Positions 1 through 9,595 of a stretch of DNA of 53,461 nt are shown piece after piece (the stretch's first letter is position 1; every line of letters begins with the position of its first letter). The position numbers and the translations under genes are program-made. Origin of the DNA: Pseudomonadota bacterium (GTDB lineage: Bacteria > Pseudomonadota > Alphaproteobacteria > Acetobacterales > Acetobacteraceae); contig JAJZBH010000001.1 in the NCBI GenBank assembly GCA_021799015.1, positions 1 to 53,461 of the forward strand. Direction: 5' to 3'. Under the pieces are notes generated by a model, which saw nothing but the letters and a program-made list of their open reading frames with translations, was not told where the DNA came from and did not search any database.

Positions 1-215
1 AGAGCTTCAGGGGAAAGCGCAGCGACCCGCCCCGTGATCACACCGCCCTCTTCCATCCGTTTGATCCGCTTCCAGCAGGGAGTAGCTGACAGTCCGACCT
101 GTTTCGCCATCGTCGCCAGAGACGTCGTGCAATCCTTTGCAAGCAATCGGAGAATCGCACGGTCGATGGCATCAAGGTCAATAGCGCGGAGGGCCGGAAC
201 GGTCCGGTTCGACAT
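1..215 (-). CDS. Lrp/AsnC-family transcriptional regulator, DecR/YbaO-like (runs off the left edge; absent from the ORF track)
   Basis: Manual translation from ATG at 215: MSNRTVPALRAIDLDAIDRAILRLLAKDCTTSLATMAKQVGLSATPCWKRIKRMEEGGVITGRVAALSPE. This is an AsnC-type HTH with the DCTxSL...TPCWKRxKRxE signature of the DecR clade. Confidence 0.88.
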   Translation of the reverse strand, partial: MSNRTVPALRAIDLDAIDRAILRLLAKDCTTSLATMAKQVGLSATPCWKRIKRMEEGGVITGRVAALSPEA

Positions 216-269
216 TTTTTTAAATCCCTATCAATTTGGCTATCGTCTTCTGCCATACTTTTTCCTGAT

Positions 270-328
270 AGAAAAGATTTCTTTTTTTAGCAAGAAATAG
301 GCCGATATGGAGAATTTCATTTTCCATA
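270..328. promoter_or_regulatory. Two Lrp-type palindromic sites in the divergent lrp/cobA promoter
   Basis: AGAAA-AGA-TTTCT at 270-282 and TATGGAGAAT-TTC-ATTTTCCATA at 306-328 (core AGAATTTCATTTT at 311-323). The cores are 41 bp apart in an AT-rich intergenic region. Confidence 0.5.
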
Positions 329-358
329 CCCATCAAACGCCCCTATATCCGCCGAACC

Positions 359-1186
359 ATGAGTCTATTGATCCATCCTGATTTCGTACCCGGGTCTGTG
401 TGGCTTGCCGGAGCTGGTCCGGGAGACCCCACGCTTTTGACACTGGCGACGCATCATGCGCTGGGAGCTGCAGATATTATTGTTCATGACGCTCTGGTGT
501 CGGGGGAGATTCTGGCCCTCGCGCCGCCGGGCGTAGCGCGGATCGCGGCCGGCAAACGAGGCGGCTGCAAACAGATGCCACAGCTGGCAATTAACGCGCT
601 GCTGATTGATCTGGCATCGAGAAACCTACGCGTCTTACGCTTGAAAGGAGGAGATCCGTTTGTATTTGGGCGTGGCGGCGAAGAGTGCATTGCGCTCGCG
701 GCAGCCGGCATTCCGCTGCGGGTGATCCCGGGAATTTCCGCAGGCATCGGCGGAACCGCATCCGCCCTGATCCCGATCACGCACCGTGGAGTGGCGCGCA
801 GCGTCAGTTTCGTTACTGGCGAGACCGGATTGGGTGGGGCTGCAGTTGACTATGGCGCCCTCGCCCGCTCGGCCGACACGCTCGTGCTGTACATGGCACG
901 GCGCAAGATGGGCGTGATCGCGGACGCCTTGATTGCAGGCGGACGTTCGCCAACCGAGCCCGTGGCATTTGTGCTCGACGCAACGACGCCGAAGGAACAG
1001 GTTGTCCGCACGACACTCGTCGACGCGCCACTCGTCGCCGCCGGCTTGCCTCCAGCGGCGACCTTGATCGTCATCGGCGACGTTGTCTCCCTCGGAGCCA
1101 TGCTTTCCAGCGAAAGCCGCCCGCGCGACGATTTGCCGTCCGATCTGCCTTCTCCTTTCCTCAAGATCCAAGGATCACAGCGATGA
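359..1186 (+). CDS. cobA: Uroporphyrinogen-III C-methyltransferase (methyltransferase domain only of siroheme synthase)
   Basis: GAGPGDP, HDALV, RLKGGDPFVFGRGGEE and IPGIS motifs; first gene of the cys cluster. Confidence 0.93.
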   Translation: MSLLIHPDFVPGSVWLAGAGPGDPTLLTLATHHALGAADIIVHDALVSGEILALAPPGVARIAAGKRGGCKQMPQLAINALLIDLASRNLRVLRLKGGDPFVFGRGGEECIALAAAGIPLRVIPGISAGIGGTASALIPITHRGVARSVSFVTGETGLGGAAVDYGALARSADTLVLYMARRKMGVIADALIAGGRSPTEPVAFVLDATTPKEQVVRTTLVDAPLVAAGLPPAATLIVIGDVVSLGAMLSSESRPRDDLPSDLPSPFLKIQGSQR

Positions 1187-2922
1187 CCAAGCTTGCCGTG
1201 CTGCCGCGTACCGCTCCGTTTGCGGAGCAGGACATTGCAGCTCTCGACAGGGTGATCCGTGACGCATCTGCCCCCCAACGCGCTTGGCTGTCCGGCTTCC
1301 TCGCGGGACTCGACGCGTCCGAAAGCAACGTCGCCGCTCCTGCATCACCGCCAGCGGCGGCGCCTACTCTGACGATTCTTTATTTGACCGAATCCGGCAA
1401 TTCCGAAAGGCTCGCAGAAAGCGCCCGAGCGGCCGCCAGGAAACGTGGGTTCAAAGTCCAGATGCTGGATGCGGCCGACGCAACGGCGGAAGCGCTGATC
1501 GGCACGTCGGCCGTATTCGTTATCGCAGCCACGTGGGGTGAAGGCGAGCCACCGCAACGCGCAACCGCATTCTACCAAGCAGTTATGGCGGATTCTGCAC
1601 CAACCCTGGAAGGCATTGACTTTGCAGTCCTCGCCTTGGGAGACTCTGCTTACGCACAGTTCTGTGAAGTAGGCAAACGCCTTGACGCCCGGCTTGCCGA
1701 ACTCGGTGCACACCGGCTCGCGGAACGGCTGGACTGCGATCTTGATTATGAAACATCCGCAAAATCTTTCATTGGCGACATCCTGAACCGACTGATCGCC
1801 AAGCATGACGGCAGTTCGGTCATTCACGTCGATTTTCATCGCCTTTCCGGCGACTCAGCTGGCGCCGCGCTGGACAGGCCGACCCCCTTCCCCGCCGAAA
1901 TCACCGCACACCATCCTCTGACATCGTCTCGCTCGACCACCGAAACCATTCATGTCGAGATCGACCTGGCAGGTTCCGGGATCCGGTACGAGCCGGGCGA
2001 CTCACTAACCGTTACCCCGCGCAATGATCCGGCAATGGTGGAGGCCGTGCTCCGATCCGTTGGTCTCGATCATGATGACGATACCGCGCGTGCACTAACG
2101 ACCGAGCGGGATATCACCACACTCAGCAGCAAGCTTGTCACCGACTATGCAGCACTTTCCGGCGATCCGGGGCTGATCGCCCTCTCGATTGACGAAGGCG
2201 AGCGACATGCCTTCGTTCAGGGAAGGCAGCTCATTGATTTGCTGGAACGGTTTCCGCAAAAGCTGCAGGCATCGCAACTCACAACACTGCTGCGCAAGCT
2301 CCCGCCTCGTCACTACTCTATCTCTTCATCACAACAACTGGTTGGCGACGCGGCACATCTGACGATTGCGACTCTCGAATACGAAAGCGCAGGGCGAACA
2401 CGGCTCGGCGTCGCATCCAGCGATATCGCGCGGCGTCGGCGCCCGGGTGATGTGCTTGACGTCTTCCTCAGGCCTAATACCTCGTTCCGGCTCCCGGAGG
2501 ACCCTGCCGTTCCGATCATCATGATTGGTGCCGGCACGGGAATTGCGCCTTACCGCGCCTTCCTCCAGCACCGCGAAGCGGGCGGCCAGTGCGGGGCCGC
2601 GTGGCTCATCTTCGGGCATCGGCATTTCCTGCACGATTTTCTCTACCAGCTGGAAATCCAGGACTGGCTTAAATCCCGCGTCCTTACCGATCTTGATCTA
2701 GCTTTCTCACGTGACCAGCCCGAAAGGCGCTACGTCCAACATGTGCTGCGCGAACGCGCAGACAAGCTTAACGCCATGATCGCAGATGGCGCGATCATTT
2801 ATCTTTGCGGCAACGCGGGAGCCATGGCTCGTGACGTCGAGGCAACCCTCAGTGAAATCATCGGCGCAGACGAGCTCCGAACCCTGAACGCGACACGGCG
2901 GTATCGCAAGGATGTCTATTGA
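1183..2922 (+). CDS. cysJ: NADPH-sulfite reductase flavoprotein subunit
   Basis: Flavodoxin domain (TESGNSE, TWGEGEPP, LGDSAY), FAD/NADPH domain (RHYSISS, GAGTGIAPYRAF), C-terminal RYRKDVY; ATGA overlap with cobA. Confidence 0.93.
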   Translation: MTKLAVLPRTAPFAEQDIAALDRVIRDASAPQRAWLSGFLAGLDASESNVAAPASPPAAAPTLTILYLTESGNSERLAESARAAARKRGFKVQMLDAADATAEALIGTSAVFVIAATWGEGEPPQRATAFYQAVMADSAPTLEGIDFAVLALGDSAYAQFCEVGKRLDARLAELGAHRLAERLDCDLDYETSAKSFIGDILNRLIAKHDGSSVIHVDFHRLSGDSAGAALDRPTPFPAEITAHHPLTSSRSTTETIHVEIDLAGSGIRYEPGDSLTVTPRNDPAMVEAVLRSVGLDHDDDTARALTTERDITTLSSKLVTDYAALSGDPGLIALSIDEGERHAFVQGRQLIDLLERFPQKLQASQLTTLLRKLPPRHYSISSSQQLVGDAAHLTIATLEYESAGRTRLGVASSDIARRRRPGDVLDVFLRPNTSFRLPEDPAVPIIMIGAGTGIAPYRAFLQHREAGGQCGAAWLIFGHRHFLHDFLYQLEIQDWLKSRVLTDLDLAFSRDQPERRYVQHVLRERADKLNAMIADGAIIYLCGNAGAMARDVEATLSEIIGADELRTLNATRRYRKDVY

Positions 2923-3662
2923 TGTTGAACACCGGCACGCTGATTGAAAACCGGGCTTACCTTCTTCTGGAAAACGCCATTGCCCACGAATTCCGGAGCA
3001 AGATAGCTCTCGTCTCCTCGTTTGGTACCGAATCCGCCGTGTTATTGCACATGGTGGCGCAGATCGACGCGCATCTGCCGATCTTGTTCCTCGATACCGG
3101 GAAGATTTTCCCCGACACGATCGCCTATCGCGATGGCCTGATCAACCGTCTGCGGCTTTCCAATGTGCGCACGGTCCGGCCCGACCAGAAACACCTGAAC
3201 TCCTATGATCCTGCCGGCCGCCTCTACACGGCAGACCCCGATCTATGCTGCGCACTACGCAAGACAATGCCTCTTGACGCCGCGCTCGAACCCTTCGATG
3301 CTTGGATCTCGGGACGCAAGCGCAATCAAAGCGAGACTAGGCGCGACATCCTACCTCGCGAAACCGGCCCCAATGGAATGACGGTCATCAATCCGCTGTA
3401 CGATTGGAACAAGGCGGACATTGCCCGGTATTTTGCCGAAAATGCCCTGCCGCCCCATCCCCTCGAGGCCAGCGGCTTCACCTCGCTTGGTTGCTTCTCG
3501 TGCACGTCCCGCATTCGTGCTGGCGATGACCCGCGTGCTGGCCGCTGGGCGGGCAGCGGCAAAACCGAATGCGGAATATTCCTTCCACGGCTGGCGATGG
3601 CGGACGAAACCGGCGGCACCCAAGCCGACAGGACGGAAGCCCCCAACACCATGCGCGCGTAG
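2919..3662 (+). CDS. cysH: Phosphoadenylyl-sulfate / adenylyl-sulfate reductase
   Basis: SSFGTES, FLDTG, CCALRK, WISGRK, SLGCFSCT and RAGRW...KTECG motifs. The start may be the ATG at 2922. Confidence 0.93.
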   Translation: MMLNTGTLIENRAYLLLENAIAHEFRSKIALVSSFGTESAVLLHMVAQIDAHLPILFLDTGKIFPDTIAYRDGLINRLRLSNVRTVRPDQKHLNSYDPAGRLYTADPDLCCALRKTMPLDAALEPFDAWISGRKRNQSETRRDILPRETGPNGMTVINPLYDWNKADIARYFAENALPPHPLEASGFTSLGCFSCTSRIRAGDDPRAGRWAGSGKTECGIFLPRLAMADETGGTQADRTEAPNTMRA

Positions 3663-3852
3663 ACGCCGAACGTTAGCGAGACAGTGCTGTGCTTGATGGG
3701 CAATCGGACAATGCAAGCGTGGCCTGTCTAGCTTACCTGCCGGAGCGAAGATCGATGATGATGCCGAGCACGGCTTTCGCTGCGCGCCCATCCATAATCG
3801 CGTGCGAAAGAGTACATGAAGCGCCGATCCATTTTCGGATATCATAAGGAAG

Positions 3853-5529
3853 ATGACGATGAACGATCCGCCGCCGCCTTCACGGAATGAGGAAATCAAG
3901 GCTCGCAGCAACTTCTTGCGCGGCACCCTTAAAGAGGCCTTTGACGAGACCGCGTTTGGCGGGCTGCCCGATGATGACGGACAACTCATCAAGTTCCACG
4001 GCATGTATGTTCAAGACGACCGGGACCTGCGCCCCGAACGGATGAAGAGGAAGCTTGACCGTGCCTACAGTTTCATGGCCCGCCTGCGTATTCCTGGCGG
4101 TGTTCTAACGCCCCGTCAATATCTTACGATGGATCGTCTCGCCGGGGAGCGGGCAAATGGGACAATAAGAGTAACAACACGTCAGACCATTCAGTTCCAC
4201 GGAATCCTGAAAAGCAACGTACGTGCAGTATTGCAGGAAATCGATGCTGTTCTTCTTGACACGATCGCCGCGTGCGGCGACGTCAATCGCAATGTTATCG
4301 CGACGGCGAATCCGTTTTTGTCGCGTGCTCACGCGGATGCGGTAGAGGCGGCGCGACAGATGTCCGCGCATTTTCTTCCGCGGACGGGGGCGTGGCGCGA
4401 AATCTTTATCGGTGATCGACGGGTGTTGGGTGGTGAGCCGGAAGTGGAACCGATCTACGGCTCCACGTATCTGCCGCGCAAATTCAAGATAGCGGTGGCC
4501 GTGCCCCCCTCAAACGACGTCGACGTATTTGCCCACGATTTGTCGTTCATCGCGATCGTCGAGAATGGACGTATAGCCGGGTACAACGTCGTTGTTGGCG
4601 GCGGCATGGGAGCCTCCCACGGCGAACCCGAAACTTATCCGCGGACCGGCACCGTCATCGGCTATGTCGCAGCAGGGCATCTCGTGCCCACAGCAGAAGC
4701 AGTATTGACGTTGCAGCGCGATTACGGCGACCGAAGCAACCGCAAGCATGCGCGACTGAAATACACGATAGACGATCGCGGCGTTGACTGGTTCGTTAGG
4801 GAACTGGCTTCCAGAATGACCACCGCGCTGGAACCAGAACGCCCCTTCCATTTCGACGGCAACGGAGACGCGATTGGCTGGACAACAGATACCGAAGGAT
4901 TCCACCATCGGACGTTATTTATCGAGAACGGCCGCATTGCAGATCAGCCGGGACATCAGCTGCGCACGGCATTACGCACGATTGCGATGCTGCCCGAGTT
5001 TATCGACCGCGGAGCCGTTGTACTCACCACCAACCAGAATGTCGTGCTGGCGCGCGCCATAGACGCGGAGCGTGCTCGGATCGACGCGATTCTGGCAGAA
5101 GCCGGAGTCGGTAGCCGGCAATCAATCGTGCGCGAGAACGCAATGGCTTGCGTTGCCCTGCCTACCTGCGGGCTTGCATTGGCGGAAAGTGAGCGATTTC
5201 TTCCCGGCCTAATTGACGAAATTGACGAGCTGTTAAAGTTGCGCGGCTTGGAAACGCAGAAAATCACGGTGCGAATGACGGGCTGCCCCAATGGCTGCGC
5301 GCGCCCGTACATTGCAGAGATCGGCCTGATCGGGCGCAACCCCGGACGTTATAATCTCCACGTTGGAGGGGCGGCGGATGGTTCCCGACTGAACAGGCTG
5401 CTTCGGGAAAACGCGGACCGTTCGGAAATCTTGTCCATTCTCGACGGAGTGTTTGCCCGCTATGCAGCCGAACGTTCAGGGAACGAAGGCTTCGGCGACT
5501 TCGTGCAGCGCGTGAATGTTTGGGCCTAG
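3853..5529 (+). CDS. cysI: NADPH-sulfite reductase hemoprotein subunit
   Basis: KFHGMYVQDDRD, TTRQTIQFHG, ACGDVNRN, LPRKFKI, and siroheme/4Fe-4S ligands CVALPTC and TGCPNGC. Confidence 0.95.
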   Translation: MTMNDPPPPSRNEEIKARSNFLRGTLKEAFDETAFGGLPDDDGQLIKFHGMYVQDDRDLRPERMKRKLDRAYSFMARLRIPGGVLTPRQYLTMDRLAGERANGTIRVTTRQTIQFHGILKSNVRAVLQEIDAVLLDTIAACGDVNRNVIATANPFLSRAHADAVEAARQMSAHFLPRTGAWREIFIGDRRVLGGEPEVEPIYGSTYLPRKFKIAVAVPPSNDVDVFAHDLSFIAIVENGRIAGYNVVVGGGMGASHGEPETYPRTGTVIGYVAAGHLVPTAEAVLTLQRDYGDRSNRKHARLKYTIDDRGVDWFVRELASRMTTALEPERPFHFDGNGDAIGWTTDTEGFHHRTLFIENGRIADQPGHQLRTALRTIAMLPEFIDRGAVVLTTNQNVVLARAIDAERARIDAILAEAGVGSRQSIVRENAMACVALPTCGLALAESERFLPGLIDEIDELLKLRGLETQKITVRMTGCPNGCARPYIAEIGLIGRNPGRYNLHVGGAADGSRLNRLLRENADRSEILSILDGVFARYAAERSGNEGFGDFVQRVNVWA

Positions 5530-5755
5530 CCAGCCCTGCCGGCACAGCTGAAGGCAGCGGCCCCCCATTCACCCGCGCCGTGACGGGCGCGCGCGAAAGC
5601 CCGGCACGAAACGGATCTCGACAAGGCAGGAACCGAACGGCAAGCTCGCTGCCTGGCTTGAATCAGCTACACGCAATTTCGTGTAGGTTTCGGAGAGCGG
5701 TCATGCGAGGATATCGTGTTCCCTTGTCGCCTGATGTCGTATCCTATCGTTCACG

Positions 5756-7105
5756 ATGATTCGCACGCCAATCACCGCCGAGCTTGCCACACGCGGTCTC
5801 CTGCCATGGGCCTTGCTTCTCGGGCTGAGCTTTTTTTTCGGTTTGGCATTCGAGGAATTTCAGGCCAACGCAGGCCAGAAATGGCCGGGAGGAATCCGTA
5901 GTTTCCCGCTGCTGGCGGTCATAGGTGCTCTGCTTTACGAGCTCGAACCTGAACGGCCGACACTGCTCGGGATTGGGCTTCTGGGCCTGACGATCTGGTT
6001 GGGGTTGTACTACTGGCGGGCCATGGAGGATGCTGCACCTGATGGCTTGCCGAATGTAGGGCTGATGGTGCCAATCTGCGGTGTGATTGCCTATCTTATC
6101 GGACCGATAAGCCTTGCGGCACCGCCCTGGATGGCGACCGGGCTGACGGTTGTTTCGGTTCTTCTCCTGACCGCGCGGGCAACCCTCCATGCCATGGCCC
6201 GCAGGATCGAACTCGCTGAAATCGTAAACGCTGGACGATTTCTACTGCTCACTGGTTTGGTCCTGCCCTTGCTGCCGGATCACCCGGTGACCAATCTGAC
6301 CACGATCACGCCGTATGAAGCCTGGCTTGCTACCGTCGCCGTATGCGCGGTTTCCTATGCGAGCTATCTGCTTCGCCGCTACGCCTTTCCACGCGGCTCC
6401 GGTCTCGTCATAGCAGCGCTCGGCGGTGTCTACTCGGCTACGGTAACAACGATCGTGCTCGCGCGCCGGGCACGCAATGACGCTGAAATGGCGCAGGAAG
6501 CGCGGACGGGTATCATTGTGGCGAATGCGGTCATGTATTTCCGCTTGTTGGCGATAATCGCCGTGTTTGATGGCCCGCTGGCACTGATGCTAACCCCGGC
6601 AATGGTCGTTCTCTCTGCGCTCGGCAGCCTGCTGGCAGGAATGTCTTATTGGTCGACCCGCCGTCGGGTACCCCAGACGATGAGTCCGACCACGATTGTG
6701 CCCAATCCCCTTGGTTTCGGAACGGCGGCATCATTTGGCATCCTGTTCATCGTTGTTTCGCTCCTTGCGGCGTTCATGATGCGCCGGTTTGGTTCGGAGG
6801 GGATTTATGCTCTCGCCGGCGTTGTCGGCATCACGGATATCAATCCGTTCGTTCTCAGTCTGGCGCAACATGGGGTTGCCCCGTTGCAAGACGCAGCCCG
6901 CGCCAGCGCAATTCTGATCGCGGTTGCATCCAACAATGTCTTCCAGGCGATCTACGCGGGTCTTTACTCTGGTGGTCGAACCGGCCCCGCTGTCGTGATG
7001 GGGCTCCTGCTGCTCGCGGTCGCGGGGCTTTCTACCGCGTTCATCACTACCCATATTTTGGTTGAACCGAATCCACACGGGGCCATAGTCTTCCACCCTC
7101 GCTAA
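5756..7105 (+). CDS. MgtC/SapB-family membrane protein with DUF4010 domain
   Basis: N-terminal GLAFEE...GGIRSFPL, many hydrophobic segments, LPLLPD, GGVYSATVTT and GITDINPF motifs typical of MgtC-DUF4010 proteins. Confidence 0.8.
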   Translation: MIRTPITAELATRGLLPWALLLGLSFFFGLAFEEFQANAGQKWPGGIRSFPLLAVIGALLYELEPERPTLLGIGLLGLTIWLGLYYWRAMEDAAPDGLPNVGLMVPICGVIAYLIGPISLAAPPWMATGLTVVSVLLLTARATLHAMARRIELAEIVNAGRFLLLTGLVLPLLPDHPVTNLTTITPYEAWLATVAVCAVSYASYLLRRYAFPRGSGLVIAALGGVYSATVTTIVLARRARNDAEMAQEARTGIIVANAVMYFRLLAIIAVFDGPLALMLTPAMVVLSALGSLLAGMSYWSTRRRVPQTMSPTTIVPNPLGFGTAASFGILFIVVSLLAAFMMRRFGSEGIYALAGVVGITDINPFVLSLAQHGVAPLQDAARASAILIAVASNNVFQAIYAGLYSGGRTGPAVVMGLLLLAVAGLSTAFITTHILVEPNPHGAIVFHPR

Positions 7106-7139
7106 GTGCCCCCGATTCGTACCAATACAGGATTGCCCC

Positions 7140-9428
7140 ATGGACATGCCGATCTCACCTGCCAGTTTCGCCGTCGCCGAGCAGATCGCTCCAATCTCGC
7201 TGCAGATCTGGGACGCGAAATACAGACTGAAAGATGCCGGCGGCACGCCCATCGACATCTCGATCGAAGAAAGCTGGCGGCGCGTCGCCCGTGCACTCGC
7301 CGAGATCGAAGCAGAGCCCTCACGCTGGGAACCCCTGTTTTACACGGCCTTGGCCGATTTCAGATTCTTGCCAGCAGGGCGGATCCTGTCAGGAGCCGGG
7401 AGTGACCGCCGGGTAACGCTGTTCAACTGTTTCGTCATGGGTGATATCGAGGATGACCTCGGTCAAATTTTCTCGCACCTCCGGGAAGCGGCGCTGACGA
7501 TGCAGCAGGGCGGGGGCATCGGGTATGATTTTTCCTCGCTTCGCCCAAAAGGAGCCCCGGTGCGCGGCGTGGGCGCTGATGCATCCGGCCCCCTTTCTTT
7601 CATGGATGTCTGGGACTCGATGTGCCGGACCATAATGTCCGCTGGGGCACGGCGGGGGGCCATGATGGCAACCTTGCGCTGCGATCATCCCGATATCGAG
7701 GATTTCATAACCGCCAAGCGGGAACCCGGACGACTCAGGAACTTCAATCTTTCGGTTCTGGTAACGGACCCTTTCATGGCGGCAGTCGCCGCGGATGGTA
7801 ACTGGGATCTGACCTTCGGCGGCAGGATATACCGGACAGTCCGGGCGCGCGCCCTGTGGGACAAGCTTACCCGAGCAACGTACGATTATGCAGAGCCGGG
7901 CGTTATTTTCATTGACCGCATCAACTGCCGCAACAACCTCGCTTACTGCGAGACCATCCATGCGACGAATCCTTGCGGAGAACAGCCGCTTCCGGCCTAT
8001 GGCGCGTGCCTGCTGGGTTCCATCAACCTGGCACGTTTGGTCCACAACCCGTTTGAGCCCGATGCCCACATCGACGAACAAGAATTGGTTCAACTCGTCG
8101 GTATCGCAGTCCGGATGATGGACAACACGATCGAGGCTTCGGGCTTCCCTCTCGACGCTCAGCGACGTGAAGCGCATGCAAAGCGCCGGATCGGGCTTGG
8201 CATGACGGGCGTTGCGGACGCGCTGATGATGACCGGGCTGCGCTATGGAAGCGAGGAGGCGGCGGCGCAGGCGTCTGCCTGGGCCAGGCAAATAGAGCGA
8301 GCTGCCTACCTTGCCTCGACAAAGCTGGCTTCTGAAAAGGGAGCCTTTCCCTTATTCGATCGTGATCTGTATCTTGCCGGCGAAACGATCAAGGGCCTGG
8401 ATCCGGACGTCCGCGCCGAGGTCACGAAAAATGGGATTCGAAATGCACTCCTCACATCGATTGCCCCAACCGGAACGATATCCCTGTTTGCGGACAATGT
8501 GTCGAGCGGAATCGAGCCGGTTTTCGCGCTGGCGTACACGCGCAAGGTGCTGCAAGCTGACGGTACGCGACGCGAAGAAGAAGTGAGCGACTATGCACTC
8601 CGCCTTTTCCGCGAGCGCTTTGGTGCCGACGCCCCGCTTCCCGATTATTTTGTTACGGCGCAGGATCTGACGCCCGCCGAACACGTTCGAATGCAAGCCG
8701 CAGTGCAACGCCACGTGGACAGCGCGATTTCGAAGACAGTTAACGTACCAGAAAATATCAGTTTTGAAGCATTCCAGGACGTCTATCTGGACGCCTATCG
8801 TAGCGGCTGCAAAGGCTGCACAACATACCGGCCAAATGCCATCACGGGATCCGTTCTGGAGGTCAGGCCAACCGAGAACTCTGCTACACAACCTTCGGCG
8901 TCGACTACTCCACTGTCAGGCCATGGCGAATTATTGGCCCGAAACGAAAAGCTGACCGGCGCGACCTACAAGCTGCGGTGGCCCGGAAGCGAACACGCGA
9001 TCTATGTCACGCTCAATGATATTGAGCAGGACGGTATCCGGCGACCGTTCGAGATTTTCATTAATTCAAAGAATCTTGAACACTATGCCTGGGTGGTCGC
9101 GCTGACGCGGATGATCAGCGCGGTTTTCCGGCGGGGCGGTGAAGTCGCTTTTGTTGCCGAGGAACTCAAGCAGGTATTCGATCCGCTTGGCGGACATTGG
9201 ACCGAGGGGCGGTACGTCCCTTCCCTGGTCGCCGCAATCGGCGACGTAATCGAACGACATATGGCGGAACTGGGCCTGCTTACGCGTGCTGACGCGCTGG
9301 TCAGCAAAACCGTCTCATCACCCAGCGCACCACTCGGGAAGATTTGTCCTAAATGCAGCCAGCCCGGGGTAATCCAGGAGGAAGGCTGTCTTTCGTGCCT
9401 TAATTGCGGCTGGTCGAAGTGTGGCTAG
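7140..9428 (+). CDS. nrdJ: Class II (adenosylcobalamin-dependent) ribonucleotide reductase with C-terminal TSCPD domain and Cys-rich tail
   Basis: FLPAGRI, TLFNCFV, GGGIGYDFS, TNPCGEQ active site, IAPTGTIS, SAISKTVN, and C-terminal CPKC...CLNCGWSKCG. Confidence 0.93.
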   Translation: MDMPISPASFAVAEQIAPISLQIWDAKYRLKDAGGTPIDISIEESWRRVARALAEIEAEPSRWEPLFYTALADFRFLPAGRILSGAGSDRRVTLFNCFVMGDIEDDLGQIFSHLREAALTMQQGGGIGYDFSSLRPKGAPVRGVGADASGPLSFMDVWDSMCRTIMSAGARRGAMMATLRCDHPDIEDFITAKREPGRLRNFNLSVLVTDPFMAAVAADGNWDLTFGGRIYRTVRARALWDKLTRATYDYAEPGVIFIDRINCRNNLAYCETIHATNPCGEQPLPAYGACLLGSINLARLVHNPFEPDAHIDEQELVQLVGIAVRMMDNTIEASGFPLDAQRREAHAKRRIGLGMTGVADALMMTGLRYGSEEAAAQASAWARQIERAAYLASTKLASEKGAFPLFDRDLYLAGETIKGLDPDVRAEVTKNGIRNALLTSIAPTGTISLFADNVSSGIEPVFALAYTRKVLQADGTRREEEVSDYALRLFRERFGADAPLPDYFVTAQDLTPAEHVRMQAAVQRHVDSAISKTVNVPENISFEAFQDVYLDAYRSGCKGCTTYRPNAITGSVLEVRPTENSATQPSASTTPLSGHGELLARNEKLTGATYKLRWPGSEHAIYVTLNDIEQDGIRRPFEIFINSKNLEHYAWVVALTRMISAVFRRGGEVAFVAEELKQVFDPLGGHWTEGRYVPSLVAAIGDVIERHMAELGLLTRADALVSKTVSSPSAPLGKICPKCSQPGVIQEEGCLSCLNCGWSKCG

Positions 9429-9595
9429 GCGCCAACCGCACGGGGTCGAATAAGTAACTCCCCCGCCCCCAGACCAATTTCGCAAGGCTGCTCCGAAACG
9501 TTTTATGCCGAAGAACGCTTGTCGTGGCCGAATCGTGTTTGACTCGCGAGTTACGCTTTGAGCAATAGTCTGCTCACGAAAGAAAGTGACGGGAC

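Noticed and set aside
3663-3852. 190-nt gap between cysH and cysI as a riboswitch or small gene
   Set aside because: No recognisable riboswitch motif or credible ORF.
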